Source: an uncultured Clostridia bacterium (GTDB lineage Bacteria > Bacillota > Clostridia > Peptostreptococcales > Anaerovoracaceae). From it: a stretch of 62,045 nt of DNA. Of this stretch, positions 51,944 to 60,921 are shown in pieces. The stretch is taken from positions 1 to 62,045 of the forward strand of contig CALXBT010000083.1 in the NCBI GenBank assembly GCA_944386585.1, in the 5' to 3' direction. The notes under the pieces were generated by a model that was not told where the DNA came from, ran no database searches, and was given only the letters and a program-made list of their open reading frames with translations. The stretch's first letter is position 1. Each line of letters opens with the position of its first letter. The position numbers and the translations under genes are program-made.

Positions 51944-52101
51944 TTTCTCTGACGCTCCTCAAATGATATCAAAATATAGGTATTTTTTTATTATATCCTA
52001 AGTATCACATAAAAGTCAAAAAAGTATTGCAAAATATAACAAAGGACAATACAATGTTCAAAAAGGATATGATTTTCTGTGAGAAAATAAAAGGAAAGAA
52101 A

Positions 52102-52824
52102 ATGGAACAGAAAAAGATTCATTATAAAAGAAGAATTGCAGTGATTGCTGTTTGCCTTGCAGGTTTTGCAGCAGTCATGTTTCTCATTACGACAAATCGC
52201 ATATCGCCGTTTGACGATACAATTAGATATTTCTTTTATCGTCTTAGAAATCCGGCTCTTTCTGCTCTGCTGATTCCGATTACTTATTTGGGAAACTGGC
52301 AGATGCTGACGGGAATTTCTCTTGCACTGATTCTTTTTCCAAAGACCCGCAGAAAATTCGGACTTCCGGCAGGAATCTCAGCGCTTTTTTCTGATTTTGT
52401 CAATAGATTTGTAAAAGTTCGTGTGATGAGAGCGCGGCCTGACAGCATGCTTCATATTATTGAACAGGGCGGTTATTCGTTTCCAAGCGGACATGCGATG
52501 ACGAGCCTTGTTTTTTACGGGATGCTGATTTATTGGCTGCGGCAGAAAATTTTGCATAGCAGTATGCGGCCTTTGCGGGTGGCAGAGGGCAGTAGTTTGA
52601 GCAATACAGTAAAAAAGGAGTTTTTGGAGTCTATAGAAGAAAAACGCGCAAGGCGCTGCGGAACAGCCGTTACAGTAGCAGGAATTTTATTGATTTTATT
52701 GATTGGGCTGAGCCGTATTTATGTCGGTGTTCATTATCCGTCTGATGTGCTTGCGGGATGGTTTTTAGGCGGTGCGCTCTTTACCCTGTTTCTTACACTG
52801 CAGCAGTACTTTGAAGGACAGTAA
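52102..52824 (+). CDS. PAP2-family phosphatase (membrane)
   Basis: KVRVMRARPD, PSGHAMTS and SRIYVGVHYPSDVLAG are the three PAP2 motifs. The start is uncertain (track TTG 52027; the ATG at 52102 follows AAAGGAAAG). Confidence 0.78.
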   Translation: MEQKKIHYKRRIAVIAVCLAGFAAVMFLITTNRISPFDDTIRYFFYRLRNPALSALLIPITYLGNWQMLTGISLALILFPKTRRKFGLPAGISALFSDFVNRFVKVRVMRARPDSMLHIIEQGGYSFPSGHAMTSLVFYGMLIYWLRQKILHSSMRPLRVAEGSSLSNTVKKEFLESIEEKRARRCGTAVTVAGILLILLIGLSRIYVGVHYPSDVLAGWFLGGALFTLFLTLQQYFEGQ

Positions 52825-52828
52825 AGAA

Positions 52829-52870
52829 GAAAATCCGGCCGGAAGAATTTTTTACCGGGCCGGATTTTTT
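52829..52870. terminator. Bidirectional intrinsic terminator
   Basis: aAAAATCCGGCCggaagaattttttaccgGGCCGGATTTTtt. Confidence 0.8.
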
Positions 52871-52898
52871 AATGCTTTTTATAAAGTGCGTTATCGTG

Positions 52899-54644
52899 CT
52901 ACTGTTTCTGTGCCTGCTGCAAAGCAGCGTATTTGCCGCCGAGTATCATTAGTTCATCGTGGCTGCCTGTTTCCGTAATATGCTCTTTTTCGATAACAGC
53001 GATTCGATCGGCTTTTCGGATTGTAGAAAGGCGATGGGCAATGATGATTGTAGTGCGGCCTTTGCTCAGTACTTCAAGGCTTTCTTGGATTTTCTGTTCT
53101 GTTACGCTGTCGAGTGCACTTGTCGCTTCGTCGAGAATCAAAATCGGCGGATTTTTGAGAAATACACGGGCAATCGAAAGACGCTGTTTTTGCCCGCCCG
53201 AAAGCATGACGCCGCGCTCCCCGATATAGGTATCGTAGCCGTCCGGCATTTCAAGAATTTCTTTGTGAATTTCTGCGTGAATGGCTGCCGCAATTACTTC
53301 TTCATCTGTTGCATCTGGTCTGCCGTAACGAATATTTTCGCGGATCGTTCCGGCAAACATGAAGACATCCTGCTGAATAATACCGATATTGCGCCGCAGA
53401 CTGTCTTGCGTAAATTTCCGGATATCAATGCCGTCAATTGTAATAGAACCGCTTGAGACATCGTAAAAACGCGGGAGTAAATGGCACATCGTCGTTTTGC
53501 CGCCGCCAGAGGGTCCGACAAGCGCAAAGCTTTCGCCGGCATTTATTGTAAGATTGATGTTGTTTAAAACCTCCGTACCGTCATCGTACTGAAAGGAAAC
53601 ATTCTGATAGCGGATTTCTCCGCGCAGTATACCGGCGTCAAAAGCGTCTGGCATATCCTTGACAGCAGGCTCTGTTCTCATAATTTCAAGAAAACGGCTG
53701 AAGCCTGCACTGCCCTGCATGAACATTTCCATAAAGGAAGCTAAAGTTCTGATGGGAGAGAGAAATGTAGACACATAAAGAGAAAAGGTAATCAGTTCAA
53801 TATATCCCATTTGCCCGCGCATAATAAGGAAACCGCCGAAAGTAATGACGACAACCTGCATAATGCCGACCGTAAATTCCATGCCGCTTTGAAAAAGTCC
53901 CAGCGTTTTGTAATAACCGACCTTTGCTGTTTTAAAGAGGTCGTTGCTTTTTTTAAATTTATCGTCTTCTGCCTGCTCGTTGACAAAGGCTTTCGCTGTG
54001 CGGATTCCGCTGATGCTGCTTTCAATGGCGGCGTTGATTTCTGCTGTTTTTCGCTTTACTTCAAGGTTTGCATTGAGCATGCTGACCCGCTGACGCAAAA
54101 TGAAAAAAATAAATATCGGAATCAGAATGGCAAGAACAAGAGCAAGCTGCCACTGAACTGTCATCAGTACTGCAAGCGCTCCTACTAGGGTAAGAACAGA
54201 AATCACAACATTTTCCGGACCGTGATGCGCCAGTTCTGTGATATCAAAAAGATCGGTAGTAATGCGGCTCATCAGTACACCCGTGCGGTTGTTGTCGTAA
54301 AAGCTGAAACTAAGGTCCTGCATGTGCCGAAAAACATCTTCCCGCATATCGGCCTCAACAAGCACACCCATTTTATGTCCGATAACAGTGATAACATAAT
54401 AACAGGCAGAGCGAAAGATGTAGGCGATAATGATAATTCCCATTACAATAAAAAAAGTGCGGAAAAGCTGATTTGGCAAATAAAGCTCCATGCTTTTTTT
54501 AGAAACGTATGGAAAAATGAGATCGACAGCCGCAGCGGTCACAGCGCAGAGCATATCAACAGCAAAAAGCTTGCGGTGAGGTTTGAAATAGGAGAAAAAA
54601 AGCAAAAACGGATGGCGTGAAAAATCTTTTTTTACAGTATTCAT
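52899..54644 (-). CDS. ABC exporter, fused permease/ATPase (MsbA-like homodimer type)
   Basis: 581 aa. Walker A GPSGGGKTT, signature LSGGQKQR, Walker B LILDEATSA. Confidence 0.92.
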   Translation of the reverse strand: MNTVKKDFSRHPFLLFFSYFKPHRKLFAVDMLCAVTAAAVDLIFPYVSKKSMELYLPNQLFRTFFIVMGIIIIAYIFRSACYYVITVIGHKMGVLVEADMREDVFRHMQDLSFSFYDNNRTGVLMSRITTDLFDITELAHHGPENVVISVLTLVGALAVLMTVQWQLALVLAILIPIFIFFILRQRVSMLNANLEVKRKTAEINAAIESSISGIRTAKAFVNEQAEDDKFKKSNDLFKTAKVGYYKTLGLFQSGMEFTVGIMQVVVITFGGFLIMRGQMGYIELITFSLYVSTFLSPIRTLASFMEMFMQGSAGFSRFLEIMRTEPAVKDMPDAFDAGILRGEIRYQNVSFQYDDGTEVLNNINLTINAGESFALVGPSGGGKTTMCHLLPRFYDVSSGSITIDGIDIRKFTQDSLRRNIGIIQQDVFMFAGTIRENIRYGRPDATDEEVIAAAIHAEIHKEILEMPDGYDTYIGERGVMLSGGQKQRLSIARVFLKNPPILILDEATSALDSVTEQKIQESLEVLSKGRTTIIIAHRLSTIRKADRIAVIEKEHITETGSHDELMILGGKYAALQQAQKQ

Positions 54645-54692
54645 AGCGATTCAGTAAATCCTTTCCTGTCTCTTGTTATCATCGTTCATGAT

Positions 54693-55235
54693 TTAATCCT
54701 TTCCGGCCGTTTCTTTTTTTGGCTTGTTTTGCAAGATTTCTGATGCGGCGGCTTTGTAAAGAGGTAGCCGCAGTTTATATTTTTCACGGAACAGCTTTTC
54801 TCTGGCATCCGGCTCACTGTCGTACATAAAAGCATACGGAGCAGTGTTTTCTGCATTTGCGCGGACCCAGAGCGCATCGACATCCTCATCGATAAAGACA
54901 GTATGCGCTCGTGACAGAATTTCAAGCGACATTTCGTCAAGAACTGCACCGTCTCCGCAGACAACAACAAGCCTGTCCGGATAGACTTCATTTTTGGCAA
55001 GACCAAGATCATAAGCAGGGTCATCCAGTTTGGAGAGAATTTCAAATTCTTTATTTCGATATGCATGTTCACCGTTGATCATGCATATTCTTTTTATGCT
55101 GCGTCCGTCCAGCCGCTCGATTTCATCGTCGACAAAAAGAAGCGGACACTGAAGAAGGCGTGCAAGAGCCTCACCTTCCTTACGGGTTTGGGCACCGAGA
55201 TATCCGATGATGTAATGTCTTTCAGGCATATTCAT
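54693..55235 (-). CDS. Shikimate-kinase-like protein with a degenerate P-loop
   Basis: 180 aa. It aligns by eye to AroK (..LFVDDEIERLDGRSIKRI....GE.AYRNKEFEIL..L, VVVCGDGAV). Walker A GxxGxGKS/T is replaced by GYLGAQTRKEG. Confidence 0.6.
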   Translation of the reverse strand: MNMPERHYIIGYLGAQTRKEGEALARLLQCPLLFVDDEIERLDGRSIKRICMINGEHAYRNKEFEILSKLDDPAYDLGLAKNEVYPDRLVVVCGDGAVLDEMSLEILSRAHTVFIDEDVDALWVRANAENTAPYAFMYDSEPDAREKLFREKYKLRLPLYKAAASEILQNKPKKETAGKD

Positions 55236-55426
55236 AAAAATACTCTCCTTTATTCAAAAAGATTAAACCCATTGTAACATAAAGATGATGACAAAGACAA
55301 GAAAAAGGATGCGGAAGCAGGAAACAGATTCCAAAAGATGTGCTGAAAACATGCGTTGAAAAAAAGCGGCGGTTGGTATAGAATAAAAGGAAATGAAAAA
55401 GTAAAAGGGAAAGAAGGCAGAAATTT

Positions 55427-56347
55427 ATGAAAGAACCGGTACTTGTCATTATGGCAGCAGGACTCGGCAGCCGTTACGGCGGGTTAAAGCAAATGGATCC
55501 GATCAGTGATAAAGGAGAAATCATTCTTGATTTTTCTCTTTATGATGCCATATTATCCGGCTTTAAAAAAGTTATCTTTGTGATTAAAAAAGAAATGGAA
55601 GAGGATTTCAAAAAACTTATTGAAGGGAAATCCGGTAAATATATAGAAACAGCATATGCATATCAGGAACTTGATGATCTTCCGAAAGGCTTTGCCGTGC
55701 CTTCTGGCAGAGTAAAGCCTTGGGGGACCTGTCATGCGGTACTTGCTTGCCGCAATCTGATAGATGGTCCTTTCGCAGTTATCAATGCGGACGATTATTA
55801 CGGAACCGGCGCTTTTGCAGTAATCTACGATTATCTGAGCAAGGCGCAGGACGGAGAGTCTTATGATTATTCAATGGTCAGCTATAATCTGGAAAATACG
55901 CTGACAGAAAACGGTTTTGTAGCGCGCGGCGTATGTGCAGAAACAGAAGATAAATATCTTGCGGAAATCCATGAACGAACAAAAATTATGTGGAAAGACG
56001 GGGAGATTGCATATACGGAAGATGACGGAAAAACTTTTGTAACAGTACCGCGCGGAACGCCGGTATCTATGAATTTCTGGGGATTTACAGAGAGTTTCAT
56101 GAAAGAGCTTGAAAAGAGATTTCCAAAATTTCTTGAAAAAGCGCTGACGGAAGACCCTTTAAAAGCGGAATTTTATTTGCCGATGGCGGTGGAGGAGCTT
56201 CTGGAGGAGGGAAAAGCGCGGGTACGCATGCTGAAGACGCGGGATAAATGGTACGGAGTAACCTATCATGAGGATAAAGAAGATGTGGTAAATGCACTGC
56301 AAGCGCTGAAGGACAAGGGAATTTACCCGCCGAAATTGTGGTTATAG
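55427..56347 (+). CDS. Sugar-phosphate nucleotidyltransferase family protein
   Basis: 306 aa. N-terminal VIMAAGLGSRYGGLKQ is the NTP_transferase G-rich loop. Upstream promoter is TTGAAA-17-TAGAAT. Confidence 0.75.
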   Translation: MKEPVLVIMAAGLGSRYGGLKQMDPISDKGEIILDFSLYDAILSGFKKVIFVIKKEMEEDFKKLIEGKSGKYIETAYAYQELDDLPKGFAVPSGRVKPWGTCHAVLACRNLIDGPFAVINADDYYGTGAFAVIYDYLSKAQDGESYDYSMVSYNLENTLTENGFVARGVCAETEDKYLAEIHERTKIMWKDGEIAYTEDDGKTFVTVPRGTPVSMNFWGFTESFMKELEKRFPKFLEKALTEDPLKAEFYLPMAVEELLEEGKARVRMLKTRDKWYGVTYHEDKEDVVNALQALKDKGIYPPKLWL

Positions 56348-56378
56348 CAAAATAATAGAAAAAGGGGAACAAAAGATA

Positions 56379-58079
56379 ATGAAGACAATGATGAAAAAAA
56401 CAGAAAAAAGAAAAGAGATAAAAAGAAGAAGAGTTATCAGTCTGCTTTTGGCAGCTATACTTTTGGGCAGCGTTTCTTTTCCGAAGGCAGATACGATAAC
56501 AGGATATACGGATGTACCAAAGGACAGCTGGGCTATTTCGGCTGTGTCTTCTGCGAAGGCGTACGGCCTCATGAGCGGGCAGGGAGACGGTATGTTCGGC
56601 TATGGTAAAACGATTACAAAAGCAGAATTTGCAACGATTCTGTGCAATATGATGAAATGGACGGTACAGACACCGTCAGTACCATCTTTTTCTGATGTAA
56701 CGAGAGATAAATGGTATTACGCAGAGATAGAAACAGCACTGGCAAACGGAGCAGTCGAAAAAACAGCGGAATTTTTGCCGGACACACCGATTACCAGAGA
56801 AGAAATGGCCGTAATGTTTGTGAGAGCACTTGGTCTTGCTGATGCGGCACAGACAGCAGAAAAGGCGCTTTCAGCGGGCAGCATGTCGCTGCCGTTTACA
56901 GATGTCATAGAAAATAAGGGCTTTATTGCAGTCGCTTATGACATTGGAATGATTAACGGGATAACGGAAACAATTTTCGGTCCGGACAATACGGCAAAGC
57001 GCGAAGAAGCTGCGGCGATGCTGACGAGAGTTTATGAGAAATACTATGGAGATACAGAATTTCTGCATGGATTCTATGCGATTTCCTCTTATTCTCAGCT
57101 TGAGCTGACAAAAGAAATGGATGCAGTAACGCTGGGCTGGAGCTCGATGGCAATGGAAGACGGACATGCAAAGATTGTCACAGAAGAAGGACAGTATCGG
57201 ATTCCTGACGGCTATGAGCTTGCAGTTTCTTATTTAGAACAAAACGGAACAAAAATGCATTTAGGCGTTTATATGGATGCTTCGCAGGGCGTATCGGAAC
57301 TTCTGACAAACGCGGAGGCCAGAACAGAAGCAGTAAATGCGATTATGGAAGAAACTTCCCGTATTTATGAGGCTGTAGGAGAAAATCCATATTCCGGTGT
57401 AACAATTGATTTTGAAGGCTTGCGGGGAACGGCCGTAAAAGAAGGATTTAATGCTTTTTTGACAGAGCTTTCTCTGCAGCTTCGTGCTTCCGGAAAAACG
57501 CTTTATGTTATGGTACAGCCGGCGCTTTCTGATGGAATTTATTTTGACGGGTTTGATTACAGAACAATCGGAAGTCTGGCTGATAAAGTAATTCTTATGG
57601 CGCACGATTATAATCCGTCTTCTCTCGATGCATATATCGGAACGGAGTGGCATAAAAACGCTGCTCTGACGCCAATCGGATCGGTATACTATTCAATCAA
57701 AGCAGCAACCGATAGCGAAACCGGTGTAGAGGACAAAGAAAAACTTGTACTGGCAATCAGCTTTGCCTCCGTCGGCTGGCAGCTTTCTGATGACGGCTCA
57801 CTTCTTTCCGGAACGCCGGTTAGAGGCAGTTCTGAGGCGGTATATAGCTATCTTACAGCCGACGGAACAGAAAGAGGTTTTTCGCAGCAGTATCGTAATC
57901 CATATCTAAAATATGAGACAGCGGAGGGAAAGAATATTTTCCTTTGGTATGAGAATGAAAAAAGCGTAGCTGAAAAGGCTGCGCTGGCAAGAATGATGGG
58001 AATTTGCGGAATTTCTGTCTGGAGACTTGGAAATGTTCCATCTTATACAGGGTACGATGTAATGGAAAGCCTGAAATAA
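56379..58079 (+). CDS. Secreted SLH-domain protein fused to a glycoside hydrolase family 18-like domain
   Basis: 566 aa. Signal peptide, SLH-type repeats (Y.DVPKDSWA..AV......GLM.G, FSDV..DKWY..EI, FTDV.....F.AVAY) and the GH18 catalytic-block-like GVTIDFEGL. Confidence 0.82.
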   Translation: MKTMMKKTEKRKEIKRRRVISLLLAAILLGSVSFPKADTITGYTDVPKDSWAISAVSSAKAYGLMSGQGDGMFGYGKTITKAEFATILCNMMKWTVQTPSVPSFSDVTRDKWYYAEIETALANGAVEKTAEFLPDTPITREEMAVMFVRALGLADAAQTAEKALSAGSMSLPFTDVIENKGFIAVAYDIGMINGITETIFGPDNTAKREEAAAMLTRVYEKYYGDTEFLHGFYAISSYSQLELTKEMDAVTLGWSSMAMEDGHAKIVTEEGQYRIPDGYELAVSYLEQNGTKMHLGVYMDASQGVSELLTNAEARTEAVNAIMEETSRIYEAVGENPYSGVTIDFEGLRGTAVKEGFNAFLTELSLQLRASGKTLYVMVQPALSDGIYFDGFDYRTIGSLADKVILMAHDYNPSSLDAYIGTEWHKNAALTPIGSVYYSIKAATDSETGVEDKEKLVLAISFASVGWQLSDDGSLLSGTPVRGSSEAVYSYLTADGTERGFSQQYRNPYLKYETAEGKNIFLWYENEKSVAEKAALARMMGICGISVWRLGNVPSYTGYDVMESLK

Positions 58080-58090
58080 GAAAGAAAAGT

Positions 58091-58136
58091 AAAAGACTCT
58101 ATGTGATTGAAACATCTTTCACATAGAGTCTTTTTG
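58091..58136 (+). terminator. Intrinsic terminator
   Basis: AAAAGACTCTATGTGAttgaaacatctTTCACATAGAGTCTTTTT. Confidence 0.85.
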
Positions 58137-58236
58137 TATGGATATGTTTTGTTTATTTATTTTTCGGTATTTGCAGAACATACAGGCCTGCCGCCGCTAA
58201 ACAATACAATTCTCAAAAAACGACCTGCATAAAATT

Positions 58237-58572
58237 TTAGTTATTTTGTGCTTTATAATTTTCTCCCCAATCCCGCATAGCATCAAGAATCGGATGTAGG
58301 CTTTGTCCTAATTCTGTCAATGTATATTCCACTTTTGGAGGCACTTCGGCATATACTGTTCGGGTTAATAAACCGCTATTTTCCATTGCTCGAAGCTGTG
58401 CGGTAAGCACTTTTTGCGATACATTGCCAATAGATTTTTTTAATTCTCCAAACCTTTTTGTCCCGGTAAGCAGGTCACGCAAAATGAATACTTTCCATTT
58501 ATCACCGATTAAAGTTAAAGTTGTTTCTACAGGACAGGCAGGCAATTCTTTTACCGTTTTTTGTGTACTCAT
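58237..58572 (-). CDS. HxlR family winged-helix transcriptional regulator
   Basis: 111 aa. CPVE.TL.LIGDKWKVFILRDL..GTKRFGELKKSI..VSQKVLT.QLR.ME..GL..R.VY.EVPPKVEYTLTELG. Confidence 0.9.
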   Translation of the reverse strand: MSTQKTVKELPACPVETTLTLIGDKWKVFILRDLLTGTKRFGELKKSIGNVSQKVLTAQLRAMENSGLLTRTVYAEVPPKVEYTLTELGQSLHPILDAMRDWGENYKAQNN

Positions 58573-58666
58573 TTGCTGATCATCTCCCTTTAGTTTCTAT
58601 TTGAAGCTTTGTATTTTACTATACTATACAGCTTTAAAACAATCAAGCTTTCGGATTAGAAGGTTA

Positions 58667-58815
58667 TTCGTAATTTACAGTGGGTGACGCTGAAAACGCT
58701 AATAGCAATTTCTTCGTAAAATACAGTGGGTGCTCTTTGAAAACTACGCTTAATGCTAATAGCATCTGCTTCGTAAAAAAGAGTGGGCGGTTTTTCGCCT
58801 GCAATAGAGTCTTAC
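58667..58815 (+). repeat. Three tandem degenerate repeats (46, 57 and about 46 bp), each starting TTCGTAA(A/T)..(C/G)AGTGGG. They resemble ISL3-family terminal inverted-repeat sequence.
   Basis: R1 58667-58712 ttcgtaatttacagtgggtgacgctgaaaacgctaatagcaatttc. R2 58713-58769 ttcgtaaaatacagtgggtgctctttgaaaactacgcttaatgctaatagcatctgc. R3 starts at 58770: ttcgtaaaaaagagtgggcggtttttcgcctgcaatagag. Confidence 0.8.
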
Positions 58816-58907
58816 ACGGGGAGTCAGTCTGCATTGGCTGGTTCTTTCTGTTTTCATTTAAAGTTGTTATTTTTGTCGAGTTTATAGCAGTTTTATCTAT
58901 TTTATTG

Positions 58908-58936
58908 TTGAAATTCTGTTGTTCTGGTGATATAAT
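58908..58936 (+). promoter_or_regulatory. Strong sigma-70-type promoter for the XRE-transposase unit
   Basis: TTGAAA (58908-58913), 17-nt spacer, TGaTATAAT (extended -10, 58928-58936). Confidence 0.6.
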
Positions 58937-58971
58937 ATTTTTACAAAAACTCCAGTTATGGAGGTATCCTA

Positions 58972-59172
58972 ATGAAAGTATCATACAAAAAACTTTGGAA
59001 ACTCTTGATTGATAAAGAGATTTCCCAGGCAGAACTACGGAAGATATCTGGAATTTCCTCAGGATCAATGACGAAACTCAAGAAGGGAGAATCTGTATCG
59101 ATGGATGTCCTGTGGAAAATTTGTTCTGTATTGGACTGTAATATTGGGGATGTAGTTGAATTCATACGGTAA
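58972..59172 (+). CDS. XRE-family helix-turn-helix protein (66 aa)
   Basis: KKLWKLLIDKEISQAELRKISGISSGSMTKLKKGESVSMDVLWKICSVLDCNIGDVVEF is an HTH_26/XRE-like pattern. RBS is GGAGG. Confidence 0.85.
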   Translation: MKVSYKKLWKLLIDKEISQAELRKISGISSGSMTKLKKGESVSMDVLWKICSVLDCNIGDVVEFIR

Positions 59173-59194
59173 CGAGGAAGGGGGGCGGCACCAA

Positions 59195-60769
59195 ATGTCA
59201 GATACAAGAAAGATTGAATTCAAAGAAGATGACATGATTGAAGTTACGCCTACTCCGGCTCTTAACTTGCCAGATATTATGGCAGAGCGGTGTCTGAAAC
59301 CCAAAGACGGCTCTCCATATCTGGTTTTCTATTGCAAGCCAATATCTAAATATGTTGGCGGCTGTCCCAGTTGTGGTTCTATCAACTACATTTCCCACGG
59401 TCCAACGCAGAATCCAAGAATTGTTCATGATGTAAACATAGGAATCATGCGTGTGGATTTAGTTATCACAGTCCCACGATATCATTGTAAGGACTGTGGA
59501 GCCGCATTTCGCCACATTTTCACCTCAGTGCCAGAGGGCAAGCATTCTACCTTTCGCCTTTTGGAACAACTGCGCAGAGATGTTTTTACCCGCCCATTCT
59601 CACAAGTTGCCACTGAATACGGTTTTACAGAAGGTACTATCCGCTATGTATTTGACGAATACGCAGAGCAACTGGAGGCAAACCGTGGGCCAATCGTGGC
59701 TCCAGAGGTCTTGGGCATCGATGAGAAGCACATTGTTCATGCTATGCGAGGAATCTTTGTGGATATCAAAACAGGCAGACTTCTGGAGATGACTGAGAAT
59801 AACAAAGAGGCGGATATTGTAGGGACAATTGAGCGGATGGTAGACTATGACAAAAACATTCGCATTGTCACTACGGATATGGCAAATAACTATCGTAGTC
59901 ACATCCAACTATGCCTTCCAAATGCGAAGTTGATCGTGGACAAGTATCATGTCTATCAGGATCTCTACTCCAAGGTAGCCAAGTCAAAAAAGGCTATCAT
60001 GGAGAAAATCGGTCAGCAAATTGCTCAGGAGGCAAATCTTGTTAAGGCTCAACGGATGAAAGCAGTGCGAGAATTAGTGATCCACAATGCTTACCTGTTC
60101 AAGTTCGGAAAGGATAAGTTGGCGGAAAAGACCCGGCGCATTGCAATCATGGCAGATGTTTGCCAGATATTTCCTGAATTCAACCATCTGCGGTTGATTA
60201 AAGAGGGCTTTGAACGTATCTATGAGCAAGAATCCAGAACTGATGCAGAGGCCGCTTATGCTGAATGGCTGAAACTGATTCCGCCCAAAGGAGTCAAGAA
60301 AATCGCTGCATGGGAACATCAATATGGAGTTGCGGCAAGTCTGTATACAGAACTGATGGTCTTTTGTCGAACAACGCAAAAATGGTACCAGGAAATATTC
60401 AATTATTTTGATGACGGGTGCCAATTTACAAATGCAGCCTCTGAGGGAACAAACAGTATGATTCAACGGATCAATGCCCAGGGGAATGGATATGGTTTCA
60501 AGCGATTGCGGGCGAAGGCCTTATACTGGCATGATGCAGGCCCACGAGCCACTTATAGCATCAAGGTCAAAAAGGTGCCGGTCTATGACGAAGAAACCTC
60601 GACTTCTATGGGTATGATGACTGGTTCCCGTTCTCCTTTCGGCAACCGGAAAATCATTGGCTATCACGATATTACCGAAATCGTGAGGACGGAACAGCCT
60701 GCTCCAAAACCATTGTCGGTGTTGCGTTACATCCTAAATTCCGAGTTTTATGACTTTGAATCTGACTGA
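59195..60769 (+). CDS. ISL3-family transposase (atypically long, with N- and C-terminal extensions)
   Basis: Zinc-finger pair CPSCGS...CKDCG, then GIDEKH...VTTDMANNY...IVDKYHV...NAASEGTNSMIQ, typical of DDE_Tnp_ISL3. Start set at the ATG at 59195 after GAGGAAGGGGGG (track start 59156). Confidence 0.85.
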   Translation: MSDTRKIEFKEDDMIEVTPTPALNLPDIMAERCLKPKDGSPYLVFYCKPISKYVGGCPSCGSINYISHGPTQNPRIVHDVNIGIMRVDLVITVPRYHCKDCGAAFRHIFTSVPEGKHSTFRLLEQLRRDVFTRPFSQVATEYGFTEGTIRYVFDEYAEQLEANRGPIVAPEVLGIDEKHIVHAMRGIFVDIKTGRLLEMTENNKEADIVGTIERMVDYDKNIRIVTTDMANNYRSHIQLCLPNAKLIVDKYHVYQDLYSKVAKSKKAIMEKIGQQIAQEANLVKAQRMKAVRELVIHNAYLFKFGKDKLAEKTRRIAIMADVCQIFPEFNHLRLIKEGFERIYEQESRTDAEAAYAEWLKLIPPKGVKKIAAWEHQYGVAASLYTELMVFCRTTQKWYQEIFNYFDDGCQFTNAASEGTNSMIQRINAQGNGYGFKRLRAKALYWHDAGPRATYSIKVKKVPVYDEETSTSMGMMTGSRSPFGNRKIIGYHDITEIVRTEQPAPKPLSVLRYILNSEFYDFESD

Positions 60770-60921
60770 GAAAGGGCGGCCTATGCTATCCTGCATGGGT
60801 CGCTCTTTTTTGATGATAACATGATTGATTCTTGTGTAATAATGTTGCTGTTTCCATTGGCATATGATATAATCAAAGCGCATCTAATCTCATATCAAAC
60901 AGATACAGAAAGGGCGATTTT

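Larger units (their letters stand above)
58667..60769 (+). mobile_element. ISL3-family-like element carrying an XRE gene plus the transposase. The left end is inferred from the IR-like repeats; the right end was not identified.
   Basis: A transposase with a zf-ISL3-like CxxC...CxxC and DDE_Tnp_ISL3-like body. IR-like TTCGTAAAA..AGTGGG repeats lie to the left. No convincing inverted copy was found between 60770 and 60921. Confidence 0.45.

Noticed and set aside
58664-59068. ORFs 58664..59068 (-) and 58680..59012 (+) across the tandem repeats. I also considered whether the three repeats are a mini-CRISPR array.
   Set aside because: The ORFs run through repetitive noncoding DNA and across the XRE promoter and start, with no RBS. 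The repeats are contiguous, degenerate and of unequal length with no spacers, so they are not CRISPR.
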